This document shows, piece by piece, positions 1 to 8,438 of a DNA stretch of 64,000 bases. The DNA is taken from positions 1 to 64,000 of the forward strand of contig NZ_BJCC01000038.1 of assembly GCF_004309355.1 (NCBI RefSeq). The letters run 5' to 3'. The notes under the pieces were generated by a model. It had not been told where the DNA came from. It did no database searches and was given only the letters and a program-made list of their open reading frames with translations. Both the position numbers and the translations under genes were made by a program. Numbering within the stretch: position 1 is the stretch's first letter; every line of letters begins with the position of its first letter. Source of the stretch: Enterococcus florum (GTDB lineage Bacteria; Bacillota; Bacilli; Lactobacillales; Enterococcaceae).

Positions 1-54
1 CTTTGAAAACATTGATATAACAAGGGCTGATAATTATGAAATTAGCTCACTTAA

Positions 55-130
55 ATAAAAAAACACCCAAATCCTTGCAACACAAGGACTTGAGCGTCTG
101 TAAGAAGTCTTACATTAATTTGTTGTAGAA
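55..130. repeat. Left copy of a ~75-bp direct repeat that matches the rpsD 3' end and terminator at 3610-3684 (about 75% identical by eye)
   Basis: Hand alignment of 55-130 with 3610-3684. Both contain aaaaacacccaaa, a short stem-loop, and the tail ...atttgttgtag. On the minus strand the left copy reads ...FYNKLM-stop, which matches the rpsD C-terminus ...YYNKLL-stop. Confidence 0.6.
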
Positions 131-235
131 TTTTCTCGCGCGTTTTATGTAGTGTCAAAACATGGGGAAAAGCTGATATAACAACCTTTATAGTCATTTG
201 ATAAATTAATGGACATCAACAAATATCAAACGAAA

Positions 236-283
236 CTAAGTCAAAAACTAAGTCAAAAACTAAGTCAAAAACTAAGTCAAACT
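236..283 (+). repeat. Four perfect tandem copies of a 12-bp unit (ctaagtcaaaaa) directly upstream of the putative -35 of the response-regulator gene
   Basis: Direct reading: copies begin at 236, 248, 260 and 272, and the last is followed by ttaaaa and a gataat -10-like hexamer near 309-314. Confidence 0.85.
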
Positions 284-415
284 TAAAAATGTGGGGCACA
301 TAGGAAAGGATAATTATGAAGAAATAATTCAATAGACTTTAATTAGAAATAATCAGCTTCTTTTTCCCTTTTCCTTGATATACTTAAAGTAAATAACTAA
401 CGAGTAGGTGGAAAA

Positions 416-1099
416 ATGAAAGTTTTGATTGTGGAAGATAATAAACAAATAATTGATGTACTAAATCGCTTTTTAAAAGAAGCGAATCATGAAACAGCCG
501 TTGTTTATGACGGAGGAAAAGCACTCGCTTCTTTTGATTCGTTCAAGCCGGATTTTATTTTGCTAGACATCATGCTGCCAAATGTCGATGGTTTTGAAAT
601 TTGTCGTAGGATTCGTGAAAAATCTACTGTGCCGATCATTATGATTACTGCAAAGTCAGAAGATGCTGATCGAATATTGGGATTAGAGGTTGGTGCGGAT
701 GATTACATCGTTAAGCCATTTTCTCCAGAGGAAGTATTGTCGCGGATCAACGCTATTTTACGCCGTATCCATTTTGAAAATGATCATCCACAAAAAGTCA
801 TCAAACTTGGCGAAATCAAATTACATTTGGGGAATCGCAAAGCATTTTATGAATCAAAGGAGATTGTATTAACTAAAAAAGAGTTCGAAATCTTGGCTTT
901 GTTCGCCAAGTATCCGAATAAAGTGTTCAATCGCAACAATCTTTTGGATGCAGTATGGGGCTACGATTATTATGGAGATAGCCGAACTGTGGATAGTCAT
1001 ATCAAACGCCTGCGGGCAAAGATTAAAAAAGCCGGTATCGACAATGATAGTATTGAAACGGTCTGGGGCGAGGGCTATCGCTGGGGTAGAGAAGAATGA
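416..1099 (+). CDS. OmpR/PhoB-family response regulator (receiver domain plus winged-helix DNA-binding domain)
   Basis: N-terminal receiver motifs (LIVEDN, DFILLDIMLP, the conserved K in VKPF) and a C-terminal trans_reg_C-like region (LTKKEFEILALF...RTVDSHIKRLRAKI...GYRW). It overlaps the next gene by 4 bp (ATGA). Confidence 0.9.
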   Translation: MKVLIVEDNKQIIDVLNRFLKEANHETAVVYDGGKALASFDSFKPDFILLDIMLPNVDGFEICRRIREKSTVPIIMITAKSEDADRILGLEVGADDYIVKPFSPEEVLSRINAILRRIHFENDHPQKVIKLGEIKLHLGNRKAFYESKEIVLTKKEFEILALFAKYPNKVFNRNNLLDAVWGYDYYGDSRTVDSHIKRLRAKIKKAGIDNDSIETVWGEGYRWGREE

Positions 1100-2547
1100 G
1101 AAAAATTTTTAATCGGCTCATCACACAATCAGTTATTCTATTACTTTTTTTCTCTGTGATCATAGCTTTAGTGTTTGGGGTATTATTTGCCAAGCAAACA
1201 GAGGATATGCATCAAGAAGAGATGATCAATCGCGCCGAACTCATCAGTAAGACGATGGAAGATTTTTTCAAATTGGAAACAAAGGATTCACAAGATCGCG
1301 GTGGCAAAAGCGGAGGTATGGGTGGCTATGGAGCCTTCATTCGTTTTCTAAATCAAATCGCAGGTGAAGAGGTTTGGGTCCTGAATAAACAAATGGAGCC
1401 AATTATCGAGGATCATCACAAAGACATCACGCGAAAAGAGCCGCCGGCAGGAACGCAAAAATTGATCACAGAAACCTATCAAACAAAGCAGACGCAGATC
1501 AAGAAAAAAAGGACATTCGTTCAACTGCAAGATCTGACGGTAACCACCCCGATCAAATCTGATGGAGTGGTCAAAGCAGTCGTCGTTATGCACTCGAAAG
1601 TGACGGCGATCCACAAAAATCAATTATCGGGCTATTTGATGCTGGTCATCAGCTTGCTGGCAGCGGTAGTTGTCGCTAGTCTACTGGCGTGGCGCCTGGC
1701 CAAACGCTTTATTCAGCCAATTTATACAATGAAGAAATATGTGGATGATCTTGCAAACAAAAAGTTTGATACAGAATTGAAACTAGATACGCACGATGAA
1801 CTTGAAGAGTTGGGAAATCAGCTTTCTATATTAAGTCAACGGTTATTAACAGCACGATTAGAACAAGAAAAGAAAAAGCAAGCAGAGAAAGACTTTCTTT
1901 CCCAAATATCACATGAACTACGAACACCGGTAATGGTTATTAAAAGCTCTTTAGAAACAATCAAAGCGGGGTATGTAGACAGTGATGATGAGAAAAAATA
2001 TTTAGATCAATTAATAGTCGAGGCGAATGGGTTGGAGAGGCTGGTTACAGACTTATTAGAACTAAGTAGATTAGAGTCAACGGAGTTTCAATTGCAAAAA
2101 GAACCGATTGATATACTAGATTGCATTGATGATGCGATGCGAAGTTACCGCGTAGCAATCAAAGAAAAGCAACAAACCCTTGAAATTAACAATAATTTGG
2201 CTGAGAGACGCTTGATTGAAGGCGACTATTTCAGAATGACACAATTATTCAAAATTCTTTTGGATAACGCGAACAAATATGCGCCAGCAAGTTCTTTAAT
2301 CACAGTGTCAGTGAAAGATAAAGAAAAAAATTTAGAAATTTCTGTTACAAATTTACAAATGGTCACTAATGAAGATACAGCAAATTTTTTCGATTCCTTT
2401 AAACGAGGAATGCATTCTTCAGAAGATGGAACAGGCTTAGGACTAGCAATTGCCAAGCAGGTAGTTGCTCGACACGATGGACAAATTTCAGCAGAATCAA
2501 TCAGTCAAACATTCAGGATAAAAATTCGTTTGCCTTATTTATCATGA
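1096..2547 (+). CDS. Sensor histidine kinase with two TM helices and a ~145-aa extracytoplasmic loop, followed by HAMP, HisKA and HATPase domains
   Basis: H-box SHELRTP, ATP-binding region NANKYAP...DGTGLGLAIAK, and two hydrophobic segments flanking a charged loop. Translationally coupled to the response regulator. Confidence 0.9.
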   Translation: MRKIFNRLITQSVILLLFFSVIIALVFGVLFAKQTEDMHQEEMINRAELISKTMEDFFKLETKDSQDRGGKSGGMGGYGAFIRFLNQIAGEEVWVLNKQMEPIIEDHHKDITRKEPPAGTQKLITETYQTKQTQIKKKRTFVQLQDLTVTTPIKSDGVVKAVVVMHSKVTAIHKNQLSGYLMLVISLLAAVVVASLLAWRLAKRFIQPIYTMKKYVDDLANKKFDTELKLDTHDELEELGNQLSILSQRLLTARLEQEKKKQAEKDFLSQISHELRTPVMVIKSSLETIKAGYVDSDDEKKYLDQLIVEANGLERLVTDLLELSRLESTEFQLQKEPIDILDCIDDAMRSYRVAIKEKQQTLEINNNLAERRLIEGDYFRMTQLFKILLDNANKYAPASSLITVSVKDKEKNLEISVTNLQMVTNEDTANFFDSFKRGMHSSEDGTGLGLAIAKQVVARHDGQISAESISQTFRIKIRLPYLS

Positions 2548-2600
2548 CACACTTTCGCCATATTCTCTTTCTAACATGTAAGAAAGAGGAGGAATGCAAC

Positions 2601-3209
2601 ATGAAAAAAATAATCGCAACAGCACTAGTTGGGGCGGCTTGCCTAATGAGCTTATCAGGGCTCACTGCAGAGGCTGCTCAAGTAAACACAAGAGGAGCGG
2701 GGGTGAACAAGCTTGGCTATTGTTTGATTACTGGCGAAGAACGTGTCTCTCAAGCAGATTGTCCGATTGGTCAAAATAGGTTTTTACCGACTCAAAACAA
2801 AACATTGACGTCTAATCAAAGCTTCTTGTTAGCCGCAGCTCGCCAACGTCCGCAAGATGGAACAGGTTATAAAAATGGACGTAATGGAGGAACCGGACAA
2901 AATGCCGGTAACGGCAAACAAGATGGAACAGGACCAGGCTGTGCGGATGGGCCACGTGCCGCCGATTGTCCATATTGGGAAGAAAAACAAACGAATAATG
3001 GTACGAATTCGACAGCTGGTGAAACGTTACAAAGCTTTTCGCAATCAAATACAACACAATCAAGCGCACACTCAGCCAATAAAGGTCATGGAAACGGAGT
3101 TCGTGATGGCAGCGGTGGCGGAACTGGAAAAAATGCAGGGAATGGTTTACGCCATGGTAGGGGCGCAGACGGACAAAGAGGACACAATGCAGGAACTTGC
3201 ATTAATTAG
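2601..3209 (+). CDS. Secreted protein rich in Gly, Asn, Thr, Cys and His with an internal repeat; function unknown
   Basis: Signal peptide MKKIIATALVGAACLMSLSGLTAEA, RBS AGAGGAGG 8 nt upstream of ATG 2601. Two copies of a G-GGTG-(Q/K)NAGNG motif. Six Cys and a His-rich C-terminus. No terminator between the kinase stop and this start. Confidence 0.65.
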   Translation: MKKIIATALVGAACLMSLSGLTAEAAQVNTRGAGVNKLGYCLITGEERVSQADCPIGQNRFLPTQNKTLTSNQSFLLAAARQRPQDGTGYKNGRNGGTGQNAGNGKQDGTGPGCADGPRAADCPYWEEKQTNNGTNSTAGETLQSFSQSNTTQSSAHSANKGHGNGVRDGSGGGTGKNAGNGLRHGRGADGQRGHNAGTCIN

Positions 3210-3218
3210 AAGATGAAC

Positions 3219-3248
3219 AAGAGCGGAATATGCCGCTCTTGTTTTTTT
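3219..3248 (+). terminator. Rho-independent terminator after the secreted-protein gene
   Basis: Stem aagagcgg / ccgctctt with loop aatatg, followed by gttttttt. Confidence 0.7.
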
Positions 3249-3366
3249 AGGGTAGTTTCACAAATGAATTTCTGAGTTTCAATCGTTCTTGGAATAATGG
3301 ATAAAAGAAATGATCGACTATATATAGGGGGAATAGAATAGGAATTATGACGAACTGTCCCGAACA

Positions 3367-3567
3367 TTGAAAGTGTTCGCTAATCCAAAACCGCTGGAAA
3401 TCATTGACCTTTTATCTTGTGTCAGCTTGTGTGTTTGCAATATCCTGGATCACTTCGATTTTACGCAAACGAAACTCTCACATCATACCTATACTCATGT
3501 TGGTGAAGACATGAGTCAAAAAAACAATGGATACTTTCGTAAACTACTTAGAAAAATTAGCAACTAA
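3367..3567 (+). pseudogene. Truncated ArsR/SmtB/CadC-family metalloregulator, N-terminal fragment only
   Basis: PLEIIDLLSCVSLCVCNILDHF...SHH resembles the ArsR-family HTH region, with a CVC metal-binding motif and the SHH of the recognition helix. The frame diverges after SHH and stops at 66 aa. There is no continuation in other frames and the start is TTG. Confidence 0.35.
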
Positions 3568-3588
3568 GTCAAAAACAAAGTCAAATCA
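3563..3588 (+). repeat. About 1.5 degenerate copies of the 12-bp ctaagtcaaaaa unit
   Basis: aactaagtcaaaaacaaagtcaaat read directly from the sequence. Confidence 0.6.
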
Positions 3589-3609
3589 ATCTTAGACAAT
3601 TTTCACCAA

Positions 3610-3684
3610 ACAAAAAAACACCCAAACCCCTGAAACAAGGATTTGAGTGTCGCATAAACGATCTTAAAGTAATTTGTTGTAGTA
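3610..3684. repeat. Right copy of the ~75-bp direct repeat; this is the real rpsD terminator and 3' end
   Basis: See the left copy at 55-130. Confidence 0.6.
3612..3650 (-). terminator. rpsD rho-independent terminator (minus strand)
   Basis: Hairpin-like palindrome followed by the minus-strand T-run (plus-strand aaaaaaa at 3612-3618). Confidence 0.5.
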
Positions 3685-4275
3685 TTCAACGACTAATGCT
3701 TCGTCGATATCTGGGTTCAATTCGTCACGTTCTGGTAAACGAGTCAATGAACCTTCTAATTTTTCATCGTCAAAGCTTACGAAAGCTGGACGTCCTAGAG
3801 CAGATTCAACAGCTGCTTTCACAGTTACCATGTTGCGGGATTTTTCGCGGATAGAGACAACTTGGCCAACTTCTACTTCGTATGAAGGGATGTCGACACG
3901 TTTGCCATCTACTAACACGTGACCGTGGTTTACCAATTGACGTGCTTGGCGACGAGTTGAAGCCAAACCTAAACGGTAAACAACATTATCCAAACGACGT
4001 TCTAGTAAGATCATGAAGTTAACACCGTGTTTGCCTTCTTTGATTTTGCTAGCGCGTACGAACATATTACGGAATTGACGTTCATTTAAGCCATAAGTGA
4101 AACGTAGTTTTTGCTTTTCAGCCATTTGCATGCCGTATTCAGATTTCTTGCCACGGCTGTTTGGTCCATGCTGACCTGGTGCATATGGGCGACGTGCTAA
4201 TTCTTTGCCTGTACCTGATAAAGAAATACCAAGACGACGAGACTGTTTCCATGATGGTCCTGTATAACGAGACAT
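3664..4275 (-). CDS. rpsD: 30S ribosomal protein S4
   Basis: [16 protein letters not shown]... full-length S4 (203 aa). Confidence 0.97.
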   Translation of the reverse strand: MSRYTGPSWKQSRRLGISLSGTGKELARRPYAPGQHGPNSRGKKSEYGMQMAEKQKLRFTYGLNERQFRNMFVRASKIKEGKHGVNFMILLERRLDNVVYRLGLASTRRQARQLVNHGHVLVDGKRVDIPSYEVEVGQVVSIREKSRNMVTVKAAVESALGRPAFVSFDDEKLEGSLTRLPERDELNPDIDEALVVEYYNKLL

Positions 4276-4558
4276 TTAAAAATTCCTCCAATAAATTGTA
4301 TTTGGAGTAAAATAATCCGTTGAAAAATTCACATCCGTGTAGTTCGTTCTTCAACCTTCACCTTTGCAGCCGCGGTTACGCAATTGAACCTGATGTTACT
4401 CAAGGCAACGAACTGGTGACGGGCTATTATTTTTCTGCTGCATTATTTTACACAAAGTACAGTATAACCGATTTTAACAGCCTAAGTCAAGATAAATCAG
4501 CTGTCTGACGCTAATTCTAAGCAAATGACAGAGATTCTCTTTTTTTGGTCAAGTTTTT

Positions 4559-4587
4559 TTGCAAATCGCTTGAAAATTCACTAAAAT
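4559..4587 (+). promoter_or_regulatory. Sigma-A-type promoter for the HAD hydrolase gene
   Basis: TTGCAA, 17 nt, TAAAAT. Confidence 0.4.
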
Positions 4588-4648
4588 AGACGATGCACGA
4601 TAGGTTTATCCTGCGCAAAGACGCAAATACATAATATGGAGTAGTGGC

Positions 4649-5428
4649 ATGGAACGAAAATTAATTGCTTTGGATATTGATGGGACGTTGTTGAACAGTC
4701 ATAGAGAACCACTGGATAGTACGATCGAGGCCTTGAAGACGCTGCGGACTGCTGGGCATTTGGTGATCATCGCTACTGGGCGCTCACGGTTGTTGGCGGG
4801 TGAAGTGATCCACAAGCTGGGCTGCACGAATTATATCGTGTGCAACGGATCGGCGGCATTTTTAGACCACGAACAAATCTACAAGCGGACACTGGACCGA
4901 GAAGCCTTGGATCGTTTGCTCACGTTTGCTAGCGAACACAAAAAAGATATTACCTTATTTAGTTTAGACACGATTGCTCGGGTGACGGATTTCAATGCAC
5001 CTCTAGTTGCAGAGGCGATGAATTCCTTCGGCGGGATTGTGCCGAAATTCCAACCTGACTTTTTGGGGCGGCATGAGGTCTATCAAGGCTGTGTCTATTT
5101 CGATTCTTCGATGGATGAAGTATTTTCGACGGCTTTTCCTGAGTTTCGTTTTGTGCGCTGGCATCCAGAGAGTGTCGACATCGTACCGAGAAGCGGATCA
5201 AAGGCAGCGACAATCTCTGCGTTGGCTGAGCGGGTCGGCATCAAGCAAGAGCACATCATTACCTTTGGTGACGGCAATAACGATGTCGAAATGCTGGAGC
5301 TGGCTGGTACGGGAGTCGCCATGGGCAATGCGGCACCGCATGTCCAACAGGCTGCGAATCTTGTGACCGATACCAATGATCAAGATGGCATCTACAATGC
5401 ACTAAGAAAATTAAAATTGGTTGGATAA
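4649..5428 (+). CDS. Cof-type HAD-IIB family hydrolase (sugar-phosphatase-like)
   Basis: LIALDIDGTLL motif I, and a GDGNNDVEML motif. Confidence 0.85.
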   Translation: MERKLIALDIDGTLLNSHREPLDSTIEALKTLRTAGHLVIIATGRSRLLAGEVIHKLGCTNYIVCNGSAAFLDHEQIYKRTLDREALDRLLTFASEHKKDITLFSLDTIARVTDFNAPLVAEAMNSFGGIVPKFQPDFLGRHEVYQGCVYFDSSMDEVFSTAFPEFRFVRWHPESVDIVPRSGSKAATISALAERVGIKQEHIITFGDGNNDVEMLELAGTGVAMGNAAPHVQQAANLVTDTNDQDGIYNALRKLKLVG

Positions 5429-5456
5429 TGTGCGGATGTCAAGAAAGGAAGTGTAG

Positions 5457-5951
5457 GTGATAAGTATTAACAGTTTGCTCGTTTCATTGTTGATCCTTAT
5501 TGCTGTTCTAGCTGCGGTAGGTTTTTGGCGCATAAAGAGTCAAAAATCAGTAGGAAGTAACTCGCAGGGAGGCCCTAAAGTAAAGGACCAAGCTGCATTG
5601 TTTCAGCTTTTTGAGGATTCATTGGCAATGATGAAAGAATACCGTGGAAAAATCAAGCAGCAGGGCTACCGCTATATCAAGGCAGGAACCCCGTTTGTGG
5701 TCCAGCATCTGGAAGGATTTCAGAAGCAAATCGCCGCAGAGGAGACCAATCAGGATTGTATGACCGTCAATCGTTTGCTGGAAAAAAATATTGAGACGCT
5801 GCAGGACTTCGCAAAAAAGGCCGCAACGATTGAGGCGTCAGGCGACCAGACGGAGCGCTTAAAGCTGCAGGTCCTCAACTATGTGAATAAAACGATCATC
5901 GACTGGAACCGTTTAGCCGAAGATCCTGCAAACTTGTTCGATCAGAAATAA
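5457..5951 (+). CDS. Hypothetical membrane-anchored protein (N-terminal TM helix, GTG start)
   Basis: GTG start with RBS AAAGGAAG. Hydrophobic N-terminus followed by a charged soluble domain. Confidence 0.6.
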   Translation: MISINSLLVSLLILIAVLAAVGFWRIKSQKSVGSNSQGGPKVKDQAALFQLFEDSLAMMKEYRGKIKQQGYRYIKAGTPFVVQHLEGFQKQIAAEETNQDCMTVNRLLEKNIETLQDFAKKAATIEASGDQTERLKLQVLNYVNKTIIDWNRLAEDPANLFDQK

Positions 5952-5958
5952 CCAAAAT

Positions 5959-5992
5959 GAGGCTGTGACATCACTGTCAGAGCCTCTTTCCT
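5959..5992 (+). terminator. Rho-independent terminator
   Basis: gaggctgtgaca-tcac-tgtcagagcctc followed by tttcc. Confidence 0.6.
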
Positions 5993-6205
5993 ATGATTAG
6001 TCAAGCAAAACACGCGAAGGTTCTCTGAGTATCAAAAACAGAGGTCTTTGAAAAGAACATTGAAGGAATCAAACAGAGGCTCACAAGGGAGTCATGCAGA
6101 GAGCGATCAGTGCAAGCAAGTTTGCTGGAGCACTCCTTTCTGACCGGCTTGTCTCTAGTCTTCATGTTGAACAGATGCGAAGTCAAATGGGTATATTCCT
6201 AGCAA

Positions 6206-6250
6206 AAGCATCCAAAAGAGCGGGGCAACCTCTTTTTTGGATGCTTTTTG
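6206..6250 (+). terminator. Strong orphan rho-independent terminator about 210 nt into an ORF-free region; possible 3' end of an sRNA
   Basis: gcatccaaaagag-cggggcaac-ctcttttttggatgc followed by tttttg. Confidence 0.7.
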
Positions 6251-6520
6251 CTCCCCTAATTCGGGTGAACTAAAATAACTTGCTTTTCTACTGTTTAGCT
6301 GTGAAACAAAAACCAACTTCCTTGATTCAGATCACCGAAAATCTTCCTTGATTTTAGAAAAATTTATAGATTTATTGGAAGCAGTCTTATTATATGAAGC
6401 AATTTCTTTCATAAGAATATCTTTATTGAATATCCGCTGCCGACGGTACGATTTTTCTTGTTCAGACCGCATGGTTGTCCTATTATTAAGGTAAGCCACA
6501 TCAATAAAGGAGTGAATCTC

Positions 6521-6940
6521 GTGATTCAGCTTTTAGAACAATTCAATCAATTCTTGAGCAATTACCCAGTGATCTTACGCGGGATCGCTTGGCTGCTTTT
6601 GGCTCTGGGCATACTGATGGTGATCTTCTTGCTGTTCAGTCTGCTTTTGACTCCTCTGATGTTGATGTATAACAAGGTAACGGATAAGAACCGCAGCAAC
6701 GTGGCGACAGAAAACGACCATCTGCTCGGTGAACTGACTGAAAGGATCTATGGCGATTCTGTGGGGGAGGTCATGGTGATCAACAGCGGGGATGCACGCG
6801 CCACTTATCCGGCACGGTTGTATCGCTCAGATGACGTGGCGGCAGAGCAGTTACTCCCTGTAGGGACACAAGTGCTGATCATCGACTTTGATCAGTCAGG
6901 CATTGCGTTAGTTGCGAAGAATCAGTCAATAATAGAATAG
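6521..6940 (+). CDS. NfeD-like membrane protein (short YuaF-type, partner of flotillin)
   Basis: GTG start after RBS AAAGGAG. Two TM segments then a beta-rich OB-like C-terminus. Lies immediately upstream of a flotillin gene, as B. subtilis yuaF does with yuaG (floT). Confidence 0.75.
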   Translation: MIQLLEQFNQFLSNYPVILRGIAWLLLALGILMVIFLLFSLLLTPLMLMYNKVTDKNRSNVATENDHLLGELTERIYGDSVGEVMVINSGDARATYPARLYRSDDVAAEQLLPVGTQVLIIDFDQSGIALVAKNQSIIE

Positions 6941-6951
6941 GAAGTGTAAAA

Positions 6952-8394
6952 ATGAGTGTTTCACCAATTGCATCATTTTTCAGCAGCCCATTTTTATGGG
7001 GTGGTATTTTAGTGGTTGTGTTGTTGGGCTTTTTAATGGTTCGATATCGGATCGGCAAGCCGGATGAGGCGTTGATCGTCACCGGATCATTTTTAGGCAA
7101 AGACGGCATCAAAATTTTGAAAAACAGCGGGACCTTCGTGATTCCAATCGTCCAAAAAGCTCATAAATTAAGTCTGTTGACCCACAAGCTGGAGATCGGC
7201 ACACCAGAAGTCTACACCGAACAAGGGGTTCCGATCAAAGCCAGCGCGACCGTGTTGGTGAAGGTCGGCAACAGTACAGAATCGATCAAGACCGCAGCGG
7301 AACAATACCTTGGGAAAACCACTAAGGAATTAGAAGATGAAGCACAAGAAGTATTGGAAGGCCATTTACGAGCGATCTTGGGTACGATGACGGTGGAAGC
7401 CATCTACAAAAATCGTGACGACTTTGCGGAGCAGGTCCAGCAAGTGGCCTCCACCGACCTGCGTAAAATGGGATTGGAGATCGTATCCTTCACCATCAAG
7501 GATGTCAGCGATACCAATGGTTATTTAGATGCTCTGGGTCGCCCGCAGATCGCAGAAGTGAAGAAGAATGCAGAAGTAGCGGAGTCGAACGCCCTGCGGG
7601 AAACGCGTATCAAGCAGGCGGAAAACGAACAGCTGGCTCAACAAGAAGAGATCAGTCGTCAAACTGAGATCGCTGAAGCCAATAAGAACATGGCCTTGAA
7701 GCAGGCGCAATACAAGCAGGAAAAAGAAGTGGCGGATGCGAAGGCCGAACAGATTGCGGTCGGCGAAAAGATGAAGATCGATTTGATCGAGCAGGAAAAA
7801 AATATTGAAATCCAAGAGAAGCAAGCCGAATTGACCGAAAAGGAATTGACGGCGACCCTGCGTAAGCAAGCAGAAGCTGACAAATACGTCATTGAGCAAA
7901 ACGCGTTGGCAGAAAAAGCCAAAGAGATTGCCAAAGCGGAAGCGGAAGCGGAAAAAACCAAGCTGGCGGCCTTGGCCGAAGCCGAACGTATTCAGAAACT
8001 AGGTGCGGCGGATGCAGAACGAATCCACAAAGTCGGATCAGCGGAAGCCGAAAGCAAGGAAAAAATGGCGATTGCGTTGACGAAACTGAACGAAGCCGGA
8101 ATTTTGATGGAATTCATCAAGGTCTTGCCGGCGATCGCCAAGGAAGTCAATACACCGATCAGCAACATCGACAAAGTCGTCAGCTTTGGAGGCGGCGATG
8201 GGGTCCACGAGCTGGGGGAAGCGGGCTTGGCGCGAACCTTCGACACGATCAAGGAAACGACTGGCTTGGACTTGGTCACCCTGATCAATGACTCGATGGC
8301 TGTTCGAAAAGGCAATCAAGAAGTAGTAGAGGCTCTGAAGCAAGCCCCTGTAAAAGAATCAGCTGTCGTGACACAAGAATGTGAAGAAAACTAA
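6952..8394 (+). CDS. floT: Flotillin-like SPFH/band-7 protein (FloT/YuaG-like)
   Basis: N-terminal membrane hairpin, an SPFH domain, and a long EA-rich coiled coil (AEAEAEKTKLAALAEAERI...). Confidence 0.85.
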   Translation: MSVSPIASFFSSPFLWGGILVVVLLGFLMVRYRIGKPDEALIVTGSFLGKDGIKILKNSGTFVIPIVQKAHKLSLLTHKLEIGTPEVYTEQGVPIKASATVLVKVGNSTESIKTAAEQYLGKTTKELEDEAQEVLEGHLRAILGTMTVEAIYKNRDDFAEQVQQVASTDLRKMGLEIVSFTIKDVSDTNGYLDALGRPQIAEVKKNAEVAESNALRETRIKQAENEQLAQQEEISRQTEIAEANKNMALKQAQYKQEKEVADAKAEQIAVGEKMKIDLIEQEKNIEIQEKQAELTEKELTATLRKQAEADKYVIEQNALAEKAKEIAKAEAEAEKTKLAALAEAERIQKLGAADAERIHKVGSAEAESKEKMAIALTKLNEAGILMEFIKVLPAIAKEVNTPISNIDKVVSFGGGDGVHELGEAGLARTFDTIKETTGLDLVTLINDSMAVRKGNQEVVEALKQAPVKESAVVTQECEEN

Positions 8395-8401
8395 AGGAAT
8401 C

Positions 8402-8438
8402 GAAGAGGTCGTTCATTAGGAGGCGGCCTCTTTTTTGT
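8402..8438 (+). terminator. Rho-independent terminator
   Basis: aagaggtcg...cggcctctt followed by a T-run. Confidence 0.55.

Noticed and set aside
690-872. A 60-aa ORF in another frame inside the response-regulator gene
   Set aside because: Overlaps a well-supported gene in a different frame and has no RBS.
2857-3216. Plus-strand ORFs at 2857-3216 and 2594-2779, and minus-strand ORFs at 2812-3069 and 2867-3079, overlapping the secreted-protein gene
   Set aside because: - These are alternative frames of low-complexity Gly/Asn codon repeats.
- The signal-peptide frame at 2601-3209 is the coherent one.
55-3684. Interpreting the rpsD-flanked cassette as an intact integrative element
   Set aside because: - No integrase, recombinase, excisionase or transposase is encoded between the repeats.
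- The cassette is at most a remnant or a recombination-acquired island. It is reported as a finding with that caveat.
6094-6273. A 59-aa ORF inside the candidate sRNA region
   Set aside because: - It has no usable RBS; AAGGGAG sits only 2-3 nt from the ATG.
- It reads straight through the terminator hairpin.
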